Below are positions 33,374 to 42,273 of a stretch of DNA of 64,000 nt, piece after piece. Position 1 is the first letter of the stretch. The number at the start of each line of letters is the position of its first letter. The notes beneath the pieces were generated by a model. It was not told where the DNA came from. It did no database searches and was given only the letters and a program-made list of their open reading frames with translations. The position numbers and the translations under genes were made by a program. The DNA is from Oscillospiraceae bacterium. Its GTDB lineage: Bacteria; Bacillota; Clostridia; Oscillospirales; Oscillospiraceae. The DNA lies in NCBI GenBank assembly GCA_015068425.1, contig SVKK01000007.1, forward strand, positions 2,131 to 66,130. The letters run 5' to 3'.

Positions 33374-33472
33374 TATATCACATTAAATTGCAATAGAGCC
33401 CCGGCGGGATGAGACAATGTTTTATAAATGTTCATATTGTCTCATTGTGCATTTTTTATTATGTGATATAAT
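33374..33472. promoter_or_regulatory. Nested inverted repeats overlapping a candidate extended -10 promoter for the MFS gene
   Basis: The outer inverted repeat is TATATCACAT (33374-33383) / ATGTGATATA (33461-33470). The inner one is ATGAGACAAT (33409-33418) / ATTGTCTCAT (33436-33445). TGaTATAAT lies at 33464-33472. Confidence 0.5.
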
Positions 33473-33505
33473 TATGGCACAATTCCAAAAGGACAATTTT
33501 GGTTT

Positions 33506-34693
33506 ATGAAAAGAAACAGACTTTTTAATATAGAATATTGTATCAGTCAAAGCTTTTTCTGGATGGCCTTCTGCAGCGTTGTGGGCTATGCTGCATTATT
33601 TTTGCAGCGCAGGGGTTATTCGGGCGCGGAAACGGGAATCGTGATGGCTTCGGGAAGCATCCTTGCCTTTATACTTCAGCCAATGATCGCCTCTTTGGCA
33701 GACCGCAGCAAAAAAGTTACTCTTATGGGGATTATTTCTGCAATCTGTGCCCTTATGATCTGTACGATGGCGGTCAACCTGCTTGTGCCGGGCAGAAGCA
33801 TAGCGGTTTTTGTGTGCTATACCCTCTATTTCAGCAGCGTATATCTTATGCTTCCCTTTGCCAATGCCTTTGCGGGATTTCTCAACAGCTGGGGGCTTAA
33901 AATAAATTTCGGCGTCGCCAGAGGTGTGGGAAGCCTTTCCTACGCGATTTTGAGCCTTATCCTTGGAGTGCTTATAGATAAGCTGAGTCCAAATGTCCTT
34001 CCCGCTGTGGGAATTATCTTCACCTTGCTGCTGCTTGTAATGATGATAATTTTCTCCCGCCAATATTCCGGCGAAGCGGTGGCTGCGGTGTCCCAGCAGA
34101 AAAATGACAGCCTTTCCCTTGCTGCTTTTTTGAAAACCGATCCCCGCTTTGCTCTTTTGCTTCTGGGCATAATGCTTACCTATTTCTCCCATACCTCATT
34201 TACGAATTTCCAGATAAACGTGGTTGAGAATGTGGGCGGAGGCAGCGCGGAGATGGGAGTATGCTCCTTTATAGCGGCGATTGTTGAGCTGCCGCCCATG
34301 TTCCTGTTTATGCGCCTGCTTAGAAAAGTGCGCTGCTCCACATTGCTGAAAATAAGCTGCGCCATGTTCTCCGTTAAAATGCTTGCCTGCTATCTTGCTC
34401 CCAATGTGCCGATGATGTATGCGGCGCAGTTTATACAGGTGATTGGCTTCGGTCTTTATATCCCCGCTTCCGTTCAGTATGTAAATGAGGTGGTTGCTCC
34501 TGCCGACAGAATAAAGGGACAGGCTCTCATCACAACCACAACCACCCTCAGTGCAATTGCCTCCAGCTTCCTTAGCGGAGTGATGCTGGATAATTTCGGG
34601 ATATCCACAACTATGCTGGTGTCCGCGGCTGTCTCCGCCCTTGGTGCCATGATAGTCATTCCCGCCGCGAGAAAAACCCCGCTGCATAAATAA
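33506..34693 (+). CDS. MFS transporter (MFS_1_like/LacY-like type)
   Basis: 395-aa 12-TM protein reading ...FFWMAFCSVVGYAALFLQRRGYSGAETGIVMASGSILAFILQPMIASLADR. The substrate is unknown. Confidence 0.8.
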   Translation: MKRNRLFNIEYCISQSFFWMAFCSVVGYAALFLQRRGYSGAETGIVMASGSILAFILQPMIASLADRSKKVTLMGIISAICALMICTMAVNLLVPGRSIAVFVCYTLYFSSVYLMLPFANAFAGFLNSWGLKINFGVARGVGSLSYAILSLILGVLIDKLSPNVLPAVGIIFTLLLLVMMIIFSRQYSGEAVAAVSQQKNDSLSLAAFLKTDPRFALLLLGIMLTYFSHTSFTNFQINVVENVGGGSAEMGVCSFIAAIVELPPMFLFMRLLRKVRCSTLLKISCAMFSVKMLACYLAPNVPMMYAAQFIQVIGFGLYIPASVQYVNEVVAPADRIKGQALITTTTTLSAIASSFLSGVMLDNFGISTTMLVSAAVSALGAMIVIPAARKTPLHK

Positions 34694-34731
34694 AAAAAGC
34701 AGTGCTTTCAAGGAAAGCACTGCTTTTTTTT
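34692..34731. terminator. Bidirectional terminator between two MFS genes
   Basis: AAAAAAAGCAGTGCTTTC-AAG-GAAAGCACTGCTTTTTTTT. Confidence 0.85.
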
Positions 34732-34744
34732 ATGTTCAAAGAAT

Positions 34745-35965
34745 TTACTGGGCGGCCTTCTGCTTTTTGATGCAGCCGTTGATGATGATGAATATCACGA
34801 TGGTAACAACGGCGGAGAGGGCAGCCATTATGAAGGTGAGGGTGTAGGCGCCGGTGGCGGCATACATTGCGTTGGAGATAGCGTTGAAGAAGATGGAGCT
34901 GAGACCGAGAGCCAGCATGATAACGCCGTAGTTGGCGCCGGAGTTCTTGGGTCCGAAGAAGTCGGTGCTGGTTGCGGGGTTGACAGCTGCGGGACCGCCG
35001 TAAGCAAAGGCGGTAATGAGGATAACTGCGAAGTAGGCATAGCCGCCGACGAAGATGAGAAGCAGAGCGCAGATGGCGGTAAGCACGGAGAGAATGTGCA
35101 TGGTGTTGATGCGGCCCAGCTTATCGGAGAGGGAGGCCATGATGAGGCGGCCGGCTGCGTTGAAAAGACCGGTGAGGGAAACGCAGGTGATAGCCAGAGC
35201 CTCGCCCAGACCGCGGCTTACGCCCAGACCCTTGATAAGGGGAGTGACCAGATTCCAGGTTCCGTTATAGAAGAAGATACCCAGGAAGAGGCACCAGAAG
35301 GGCAGGGTCTTGATTGCCTGACCCAGAGCCATATCCTTGGTGGCGATGGAGGTCTTCTTGGGAGCGGGGATGGGCAGGGTTGCCAGATATTCCTGAGAGG
35401 GGAGCTTTACGAAAAGGCTGGCAATGAGGCCCACAACGAGGAAGACGATGGAGAGGATACGGAGGGTGGTGTTGATGGTCATTGCACCCAGCATTCTGCC
35501 GATGATGGGGCTGAACACAACGGTGGCAAGACCGAAGGTGGAGGTGCCAAGGCCGGAGGCGAAGCCGCGGCGATGGGGGAACCACTTCTGGATGCCGGAG
35601 ATAACTGCGCCGTAGGTGAAGCCGCAGCCGATGCCGGCGATAATGCAGTAGCAGATGTAGAAGCCGATGATGCCGGCGTTCTGGGGGATGAAGGAGCTGG
35701 CAAGAATGCCGCCGCCGAAGAGAATCATGCCAAGCATGCAGACCTTCTTGGGGCCTATCTTGTCGTTAAGAGCGCCGCCGAAAAGGTTGCCCACGCAGAA
35801 GGCGAAGAGCATAAAGCTGGCGACCAGGTTAACAGCGCCGTCCTCCCAGCCGTAGAAGGACATGGCTGCAGGCTTAAGCACGCTCCATACATATAGGATA
35901 CCCACGCAGAGCTGTGCTATAAGCAGAGCCACAACGGGGATGATGGGGGATTGTTTTTTAGTCAT
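34745..35965 (-). CDS. MFS transporter, oxalate/formate antiporter (OFA) family
   Basis: The sequence IPVVALLIAQLCVGILYVWSVLKPAAMSFYGWEDGAVNLVASFMLFAFCVGNLFGGALNDKIGPKKV is an OFA-type N-terminus. Confidence 0.8.
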   Translation of the reverse strand: MTKKQSPIIPVVALLIAQLCVGILYVWSVLKPAAMSFYGWEDGAVNLVASFMLFAFCVGNLFGGALNDKIGPKKVCMLGMILFGGGILASSFIPQNAGIIGFYICYCIIAGIGCGFTYGAVISGIQKWFPHRRGFASGLGTSTFGLATVVFSPIIGRMLGAMTINTTLRILSIVFLVVGLIASLFVKLPSQEYLATLPIPAPKKTSIATKDMALGQAIKTLPFWCLFLGIFFYNGTWNLVTPLIKGLGVSRGLGEALAITCVSLTGLFNAAGRLIMASLSDKLGRINTMHILSVLTAICALLLIFVGGYAYFAVILITAFAYGGPAAVNPATSTDFFGPKNSGANYGVIMLALGLSSIFFNAISNAMYAATGAYTLTFIMAALSAVVTIVIFIIINGCIKKQKAAQ

Positions 35966-36029
35966 ATCTAAAACCTCAATTCAAGATTATTCAGCCAATA
36001 TTAACGCAAATTGGGGAATATTTCAAGGC

Positions 36030-37655
36030 TTAGCCGAAAACTTTGTCAAGTCCGCCCCATTTTTCCCGGAACATACCCTCGTCCATAAGCTTAAGGTCGG
36101 GGGAAACGGCAAGGGGGAAGTCCACATTGGCGAGAATGTCCTTTTCAAGGTCAATTCCGGGGGCGATTTCGGTGACGGTCATCTTGCCGTCGATAAGGCG
36201 CATAACGCAGCGCTCGGTGACATAGAGAACATCCTGACCGGGCTTGATATACTTGCCGGCAAAGGTGACCTGTTCAACGGCCTTTACCATCTTTCTGACC
36301 TTGCCCTCCTGCACTATTGTCAGCTTGCCGTCGCCAACGGAGAGCTTGGCCTTGCCCATAAAGGTGCCGCAGAAAACAACTTTGGGGGTGGCGTTGGTGA
36401 TGTCGATGAAGCCGCCGGGGCCGGTAAGGCGGGGGCCGAATTTGCTGACGTTTACGTTGCCTTCCTCGTCGCATTCGCCCATACCGAGGCAGGTCATATC
36501 AAGACCGCCGCCGGAGATAATATCGAAGATGCTGTTATGTTCCAGAACGGCTTCGGGGTTATAGCTGCTGCCGAAATTGGGGAGGGCGCAGGGAACGCCG
36601 CCTATCATACCGGATTCGCAGCACATGGTGACCTTGTCTATGCAGCCTTCCTCGGCAAGGATGTTGCCAACATCAGCGCTCATGCCAACGCCAAGGTTCA
36701 ATACGCAGCCGGCCTTGACCTCTGCGGCGCAGCGGCGGGCAATAACCTTGCGCTCGCTGAGGGGCAGAGCGGGAATGGCCTTGAGGGGTCTGCGGATCTG
36801 GCCGGAAAAGGCGGGCTCAAAGTAGCGGCCTTCGGTCTGCCAGCAGGCCATGGGATCGGTGGCCTCAACAACATAGTCCACCAGAATGCCGGGGATTTTT
36901 ACATCCTTGGGAGGGATAGTATCGTTTTTGGTTATGTATTCAACCTGAACGATGACAATGCCGCCGCTGTTATGAGCGGCGCTGGCAACGGAAAGACCTT
37001 CATTGAGAATGCCCTCGTTCATAAAGGAGATGTTGCCGTTTTCGTCGGAAACGGTGCCGCGGAGCAGAGCAACATCAAGAGGGAAGGATTTATAGAAAAG
37101 GTATTCCTCGCCGCCGAAGCTGACAAGCTCGGCAACGGGTTCCTTGGTGCATTCGTTCATGCGGCCGCCCTCAAGTCTGGGGTCAACAAAGGTGCCGAGA
37201 CCAACCTTGGTGAGCATGCCGGGACGTCCTGCCGCTATTTCGCGCCAGAGGCTGACGGCAACGCCCTGAGGCAGGCACCAGCTCTCAAGCTGGTTGGAAA
37301 CTGCAAGGTCGCGGAGGGCGTAGGCGCTGCCAACGTGGGCACCTGTCCATTTTGCAACAAGGCCGGGACCTGCTTCGCCCAGACGGGAGAGTCCGCGGAC
37401 GCCGGCTTCCGGACCCAGAGGCACAGCACGGGGGTTTTTGTCCCAGCCGTCGAAGCTGTTGCCAACGCCCCAGTCGCCCATGGCGCTGCCCTGATGGAGC
37501 TCAAGATTTTTGGGATGACCTGTCTCTTTGAAACGGTCTCTTATGGCGCAGACAACCTCCTCGGGAAAACCGGAAAGACCCATACCTGCCACGCCTATGG
37601 ATGCGCCGTCGTGAATAAGAGCGGCGGCTTCTTTTGCGCTGATAAACTTTGCCAT
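36030..37655 (-). CDS. Family I acyl-CoA:acetate/propionate CoA-transferase (YdiF/Pct-like)
   Basis: 541-aa protein reading MAKFISAKEAAALIHDGASIGVAGMGLSGFPEEV..., with Pct/YdiF-like length and pattern. Confidence 0.85.
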   Translation of the reverse strand: MAKFISAKEAAALIHDGASIGVAGMGLSGFPEEVVCAIRDRFKETGHPKNLELHQGSAMGDWGVGNSFDGWDKNPRAVPLGPEAGVRGLSRLGEAGPGLVAKWTGAHVGSAYALRDLAVSNQLESWCLPQGVAVSLWREIAAGRPGMLTKVGLGTFVDPRLEGGRMNECTKEPVAELVSFGGEEYLFYKSFPLDVALLRGTVSDENGNISFMNEGILNEGLSVASAAHNSGGIVIVQVEYITKNDTIPPKDVKIPGILVDYVVEATDPMACWQTEGRYFEPAFSGQIRRPLKAIPALPLSERKVIARRCAAEVKAGCVLNLGVGMSADVGNILAEEGCIDKVTMCCESGMIGGVPCALPNFGSSYNPEAVLEHNSIFDIISGGGLDMTCLGMGECDEEGNVNVSKFGPRLTGPGGFIDITNATPKVVFCGTFMGKAKLSVGDGKLTIVQEGKVRKMVKAVEQVTFAGKYIKPGQDVLYVTERCVMRLIDGKMTVTEIAPGIDLEKDILANVDFPLAVSPDLKLMDEGMFREKWGGLDKVFG

Positions 37656-37687
37656 AATCTTCCTCCATATATTTTTCTATTTTTTAT

Positions 37688-38425
37688 TTACAGTATAAAT
37701 CCGCCGTCGGCGGTGAGAACCTGACCGGTGATGAAGGAGGCCTCCTCGCTTGCGAAAAAGGCAACGGCTCCGGCGATATCCTCCGGCTTGCCCAGCCTGC
37801 CCATGGGAGTCATATCCGCAAGGGAGTTCATAACATCTGCGGGGAGGGCGGAGAGCATATCCGTATCCACAACTCCGGGAGCCACGCAGTTAACTCGAAT
37901 ACCCGAGGGGGCCAGCTCCATAGCCAGAGATTTGCTGAGACCTATGAGGGCGGCCTTGGTGGCGGAGTAAACAACCTCACAGGAAGCGCCGCGAAGTCCC
38001 CACATAGAGGAGATCGTTATTATGCAGCCGCTTTTTTCGTGGAGCATATCGGGGAGAACAGCCTGAGCGCAGTTGAAAGCGCCGCGAACATTCACGTCAA
38101 AATAGCGGTCCCACATCCCGTCGCTCACATCCTGAAAAAGGCACTGTCCCGCAACGCCTGCGTTGCTGACAAGCAGGCTGACCGGTCCGAAGGTGGATTT
38201 GACGGCGGCCACCATAGCCTCAACCTCACTGCGCTTTGAAACATCGGCGCGGTAAGTCATGGCGCGGCAGCCTTCTGCCTCCAGAAGCGCCTTCAGCTCC
38301 AGAGCCTTATCTTCTCTTTCAATATAATTTATACAAACGGCGTATCCCTCTTTGGCAAGGCGTGCGGCGATAGCACGTCCAATTCCCCGGGATGAGCCGG
38401 TCACAAGTGCAATTTTTTCCATCAT
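37688..38425 (-). CDS. SDR family oxidoreductase (FabG-like)
   Basis: ALVTGSSRGIGRAIA (TGxxxGxG), NAG, and the catalytic YSATK motif are present. Confidence 0.9.
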   Translation of the reverse strand: MMEKIALVTGSSRGIGRAIAARLAKEGYAVCINYIEREDKALELKALLEAEGCRAMTYRADVSKRSEVEAMVAAVKSTFGPVSLLVSNAGVAGQCLFQDVSDGMWDRYFDVNVRGAFNCAQAVLPDMLHEKSGCIITISSMWGLRGASCEVVYSATKAALIGLSKSLAMELAPSGIRVNCVAPGVVDTDMLSALPADVMNSLADMTPMGRLGKPEDIAGAVAFFASEEASFITGQVLTADGGFIL

Positions 38426-38477
38426 TATTCACCTCGGACACTATTCTAACATACCCGTGGCTTTTTTAACATAGGAT

Positions 38478-38506
38478 TTGAAAACTTTATTTTGCCGTGA
38501 TATAAT
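38478..38506 (+). promoter_or_regulatory. Sigma-A-type promoter (extended -10) of the DMT-DUF523 pair
   Basis: TTGAAA (38478-38483), a 17-nt spacer ending in TGA, then TATAAT (38501-38506). Confidence 0.6.
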
Positions 38507-38524
38507 TTTGGGAAAATTTCACCA

Positions 38525-39445
38525 ATGGAGCAGAAAATGAAAAACAGCAAAATCAAGGGCATTGTATTCCCCACGCTGGCGGCCTTTATATGGGGAACCG
38601 CCTTCGTGGCTCAAAGTGTCTCCACAGATTATGTGGGTCCCTTTGCATTTAATGCCGCCAGAAGCATAATAGCCTTTTTCGTACTCTGGGCTGTTGCGGC
38701 AATATTCAAAAAAACAGGCGAAAAGAATGGGACACCGGTGAACGGAGGCTCCAGAAAGGACCTTGTTATAGGCGGCATTTGCTGCGGCGTGGTGCTGGCA
38801 GCAGCTGCCAACTTCCAGCAGGCGGGGCTTGCGGATACCGCCCCCGGAAAAGCGGGTTTCATAACCGCCCTCTATGTAGTGCTTGTTCCCATTATGGGCA
38901 TTTTCCTCCGCCGCAGAGCCTCCCTTCCGGTGTGGCTGGGCGCGGTGCTGGCAGTTGGGGGACTTTATCTCCTCTGCATAAAGGAAAATTTCTCCGTTGA
39001 AAAAAGCGACCTGCTGGTGCTGGCCTGCGCCTTCATCTTTGCCCTGCATATCATGTGCATAGACCATTTTGTGCAGAAGGTGGACGGCGTTCGTCTCAGC
39101 TGCGTCCAGTTCCTCACAGCGGGGCTTGTCAGCGCGGTGCTCTCCCTTATCTTTGAAAACCAGTCCCTTGCCGGGATCTGGCACTGCATACTCCCCATTT
39201 TGTATGTGGGTGTGTTTTCCTCGGGTGTGGCATATACCCTGCAGATACTGGCGCAGAAAGATGCCGATCCCACCGTGGTGAGCATACTGCTCAGCCTCGA
39301 ATCCGTGTTTTCCGTTCTGGCGGGCGCTGTGATTTTGGGAGACAGACTCAGCGGAAGGGAATATATAGGCTGCGTGCTGATGTTTGCCGCCGTGGTGCTG
39401 GCTCAGCTGCCCTGGCCGATAAAAAAGAAAGGTGAAGTGAAATGA
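38525..39445 (+). CDS. DMT superfamily (EamA-type) transporter
   Basis: 10-TM pattern with two EamA-like halves. The start is ATG 38525 or 38537. Confidence 0.85.
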   Translation: MEQKMKNSKIKGIVFPTLAAFIWGTAFVAQSVSTDYVGPFAFNAARSIIAFFVLWAVAAIFKKTGEKNGTPVNGGSRKDLVIGGICCGVVLAAAANFQQAGLADTAPGKAGFITALYVVLVPIMGIFLRRRASLPVWLGAVLAVGGLYLLCIKENFSVEKSDLLVLACAFIFALHIMCIDHFVQKVDGVRLSCVQFLTAGLVSAVLSLIFENQSLAGIWHCILPILYVGVFSSGVAYTLQILAQKDADPTVVSILLSLESVFSVLAGAVILGDRLSGREYIGCVLMFAAVVLAQLPWPIKKKGEVK

Positions 39446-39876
39446 ATATTCTTATATCCGGCTGCCTTCTGGCACTGAGCTGCCGCTATGACGGCGAGAG
39501 CAAGGGTCTTGAGAAGGAACTTCTTGAAAAGCTGATGGAAAAGCATACTCTCATCCCCGCCTGCCCGGAGCAGCTTGGCGGGCTGCCCACCCCCAGAAAT
39601 CCCTCCGAGCGCATTGGGGAAAAGGTGATGATGGATTCGGGAGAGGATGTCACCGAGCAGTATCGCCGCGGCGCGGAGCAGGCGCTGCATCTTGCCCGGC
39701 TTTTCGGCTGCCAGGCGGCAATTTTGAAGGAACGCAGTCCCTCCTGCGGATGCGGCAGCATATATGACGGCTCTTTCAGTGGTGCGCTGAGAGAGGGCGA
39801 CGGCGTGACCGCGGAGCTTTTTAAGAAAAACGGAATTCCCGTCTATGGGGAAAGCCGCGTGAGCGAGCTTCTGTAA
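39442..39876 (+). CDS. DUF523 domain-containing protein
   Basis: MNILISGCLLALSCRYDG...IPACPEQLGGLPTPRNPSE...ILKERSPSCG is the typical DUF523 pattern. There is a 4-nt overlap with the DMT gene. Confidence 0.85.
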   Translation: MNILISGCLLALSCRYDGESKGLEKELLEKLMEKHTLIPACPEQLGGLPTPRNPSERIGEKVMMDSGEDVTEQYRRGAEQALHLARLFGCQAAILKERSPSCGCGSIYDGSFSGALREGDGVTAELFKKNGIPVYGESRVSELL

Positions 39877-39887
39877 AATAAAAATGC

Positions 39888-39917
39888 TTGACACATACGG
39901 CAGCGTTGTAATATAAT
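39888..39917 (+). promoter_or_regulatory. Sigma-A-type promoter of the rpmH operon
   Basis: TTGACA (39888-39893), an 18-nt spacer, then TATAAT (39912-39917). Confidence 0.7.
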
Positions 39918-40013
39918 GTACGTCCGTGGGTCTGTGTCTACCCCCCATAAATTTATCAACTACTGGTACATATGTACCTGTTGAGTATTATTATTGAAAG
40001 GAGTCAACCCGAG

Positions 40014-40148
40014 ATGCTTCGTACCTATCAGCCCAAGAAGCGCCAGCGCAAGAAAGAGCACGGCTTCCGCAAGAGAATGTCCACCGCTAACGGCCGCAAG
40101 GTCCTCGCACGCCGCAGAGCAAAGGGCAGAGCACGCCTCTCCTACTAA
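40014..40148 (+). CDS. rpmH: 50S ribosomal protein L34
   Basis: Own translation gives [44 protein letters not shown] (44 aa). An AAAGGAG SD precedes it. It is too short for the ORF track. Confidence 0.95.
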   Translation: MLRTYQPKKRQRKKEHGFRKRMSTANGRKVLARRRAKGRARLSY

Positions 40149-40196
40149 TTTGTTAGTGTGACATCACCGAGAGGTAACTGAACACCGGTTTCGACA

Positions 40197-40221
40197 AGGG
40201 CGGCCAATGACCGCCCTCTTT
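40197..40221 (+). terminator. Hairpin between rpmH and rnpA (possible attenuating terminator)
   Basis: AGGGCGG-CCAATGA-CCGCCCT is followed by CTTTG. The U-tract is weak. Confidence 0.35.
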
Positions 40222-40258
40222 GCGCTGCAAAGGGAAATCGGAAAAAGGAGGAAGGAAA

Positions 40259-40612
40259 ATGAAGTTCACAGACACCCTGAAAAAGAACTATGAATTTCAG
40301 CGTCTTTACTCCAAGGGCAAAAGCGCCGTAAATCCTTATTTGGTGGTCTATGCCCGAAAAACGAAAAAAAGGGATATGCGAATCGGTTTCACCGTCAGCA
40401 CAAAGCTGGGTAAAGCCGTTGTGCGCAACCGTGTCCGCCGCCGTCTCCGGGAGATTTACCGTCTCAGCGAGGAGCGTTTTGCGCCGGGTACGGAACTTGT
40501 GGTGGTGGCAAGGGTCAAAGCTGTCCGAGCCACATATGCCCAGCTTCAGGATGCCTTTCTGGGCTCCTGCGAAAAACTGGGTATACTCAGGGAAAGAAGT
40601 GAGAACAAATGA
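40259..40612 (+). CDS. rnpA: Ribonuclease P protein component
   Basis: [22 protein letters not shown]...[15 protein letters not shown] contains the RNR motif. ATG 40259 follows AGGAGG. Confidence 0.93.
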   Translation: MKFTDTLKKNYEFQRLYSKGKSAVNPYLVVYARKTKKRDMRIGFTVSTKLGKAVVRNRVRRRLREIYRLSEERFAPGTELVVVARVKAVRATYAQLQDAFLGSCEKLGILRERSENK

Positions 40613-40827
40613 AGAAAATTCTCATGGCGCTTGTAAAGTTTTACCGCAATTTCATTTCTCCCCTCACGCCCCCCAGCTGCCGCTTCATCCCAACCTGTTC
40701 CCAATATGCGCTTGAGGCTCTGGAAAAATACGGAGCTTTGAAGGGAACATGGCTTACCATCAAGCGTCTTTCACGCTGCCACCCCTTTCATAGGGGAGAG
40801 CACGATTTTTATGACCCGGTGCCCTGA
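40609..40827 (+). CDS. yidD: Membrane protein insertion efficiency factor YidD
   Basis: [32 protein letters not shown] is the canonical YidD sequence. Confidence 0.93.
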   Translation: MKKILMALVKFYRNFISPLTPPSCRFIPTCSQYALEALEKYGALKGTWLTIKRLSRCHPFHRGEHDFYDPVP

Positions 40828-40863
40828 AACGGGTAACCGAGGAGATTTAGGAGTCATAATATT

Positions 40864-42255
40864 ATGATGGAAATTATAGCAAAGCCATTCGGCTGGCTGC
40901 TGCTTTGGCTTAACGACCTGGTTGGAAACTACGGTATAGCTATTTTCCTGTTTGCCCTTCTGGTCAAGCTCATTATGCTTCCCTTCCAGCTCAAGAGCAA
41001 GAAGAGCATGATGCGCATGTCCGGCCTTAACGACAAGGTTAAGGAGCTTCAGAAGAAGCACGAGGGCAATCAGCAGAGACTCAATATGGAGATCAATAAG
41101 CTCTATAAGGAGAACAAGGTCAATCCTATGTCCGGCTGCATCTGGACTTTGATTCCCTTCCCCATCCTTATTGCTCTCTACAGAGCTATCCGCGAGCCTC
41201 TTACCATTATGATGGGCGTGCCCAAGGAAATGCTTGCCGAAGGCGGCAGCATCCTTGCAAAGCTGAACGAGATGGGCTTCAGCTCCAAGATGAATGATGC
41301 ATACATTCAGCTGGATCAGTCCCGCTTCATCTCCGCCAACTTTGATCAGTTTGCCGGTCTTTCCGACAAGCTGGCAAACATAAACTACAACTTCCTGGGA
41401 ATCAACCTGGGCGATATGCCCCAGTGGAACTTCTTCTCCAAGTGTGATTGGTCCGATGTTTCCAGCTGGCTGCCCGCTCTGGGTCTGTTCCTCATCCCTA
41501 TCATTTCCGCACTTATGAGCTGGCTGAGCATGAAGCTGAGCCAGAAGCTGAGCCCCACCCCCGCAGCAGGCGGCAATCAGGCAGCAGGCAACATGAAGGC
41601 AATGAATCTTATGATGCCTTTGATGAGCCTTTATATCTGCTTCATCATGCCCGCAGCTCTGGGTATCTACTGGATTTACCAGTCTGTTCTGGGCATTGTG
41701 CAGGAACTGATTTTCAACAAGCACTTTGGCAAGATTATGGCCAAGGAAAAGGCCGAGCGCGAAGCCGCCGACCGTATCCGCGCAGCCGAGATCGAGCGCA
41801 AGCGTCAGGAGACCGAGCGTCTCAAGGCCGAGGGCGCAACTGTTGCCAACACCAACACCAGCAAGAAAAAGATCCAGGCCCGTCAAAAGGCCGAAATGGA
41901 CGAGCTGAAGGCTGCCGCCGTCCGCGAGGAAAAGGCTGCCCGCCGTGCCAGACTCGGCATCGAAGAAGAGGAAGCTCCCGCTTCTCAGGTAGGTACCCGC
42001 CGCTATGCACGCGGCAGAGCCTATGTGGCAGACCGCTTCACCAACCCCGAGGGTGCAGCTGAGGCTACCGAAAAGGCAGCAGCAGAGTCCGAAGGCTATG
42101 TGGCACCTGAGGAAGAGACCACTGTGGAAACTGAAATCCCCGCAGAGACCGAGACCGCCGTTGAAGCTGCCGAGTGCGCAGAGACCGAGCTTGAGGCTGA
42201 AGCCGAGGAAGAGGTTTTCTTCGAGGAAGAGTCTTCCGACGAGACCAGCAATTAA
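40864..42255 (+). CDS. yidC: YidC/Oxa1 family membrane insertase with a long charged C-terminal tail
   Basis: The core reads GNYGIAIFLFALLVKLIMLPFQLKSKKSMMRM...NPMSGC. About 170 aa of K/E/A-rich tail follow from 41743. Confidence 0.92.
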   Translation: MMEIIAKPFGWLLLWLNDLVGNYGIAIFLFALLVKLIMLPFQLKSKKSMMRMSGLNDKVKELQKKHEGNQQRLNMEINKLYKENKVNPMSGCIWTLIPFPILIALYRAIREPLTIMMGVPKEMLAEGGSILAKLNEMGFSSKMNDAYIQLDQSRFISANFDQFAGLSDKLANINYNFLGINLGDMPQWNFFSKCDWSDVSSWLPALGLFLIPIISALMSWLSMKLSQKLSPTPAAGGNQAAGNMKAMNLMMPLMSLYICFIMPAALGIYWIYQSVLGIVQELIFNKHFGKIMAKEKAEREAADRIRAAEIERKRQETERLKAEGATVANTNTSKKKIQARQKAEMDELKAAAVREEKAARRARLGIEEEEAPASQVGTRRYARGRAYVADRFTNPEGAAEATEKAAAESEGYVAPEEETTVETEIPAETETAVEAAECAETELEAEAEEEVFFEEESSDETSN

Positions 42256-42273
42256 TTGAAGAGGATTAACCAA

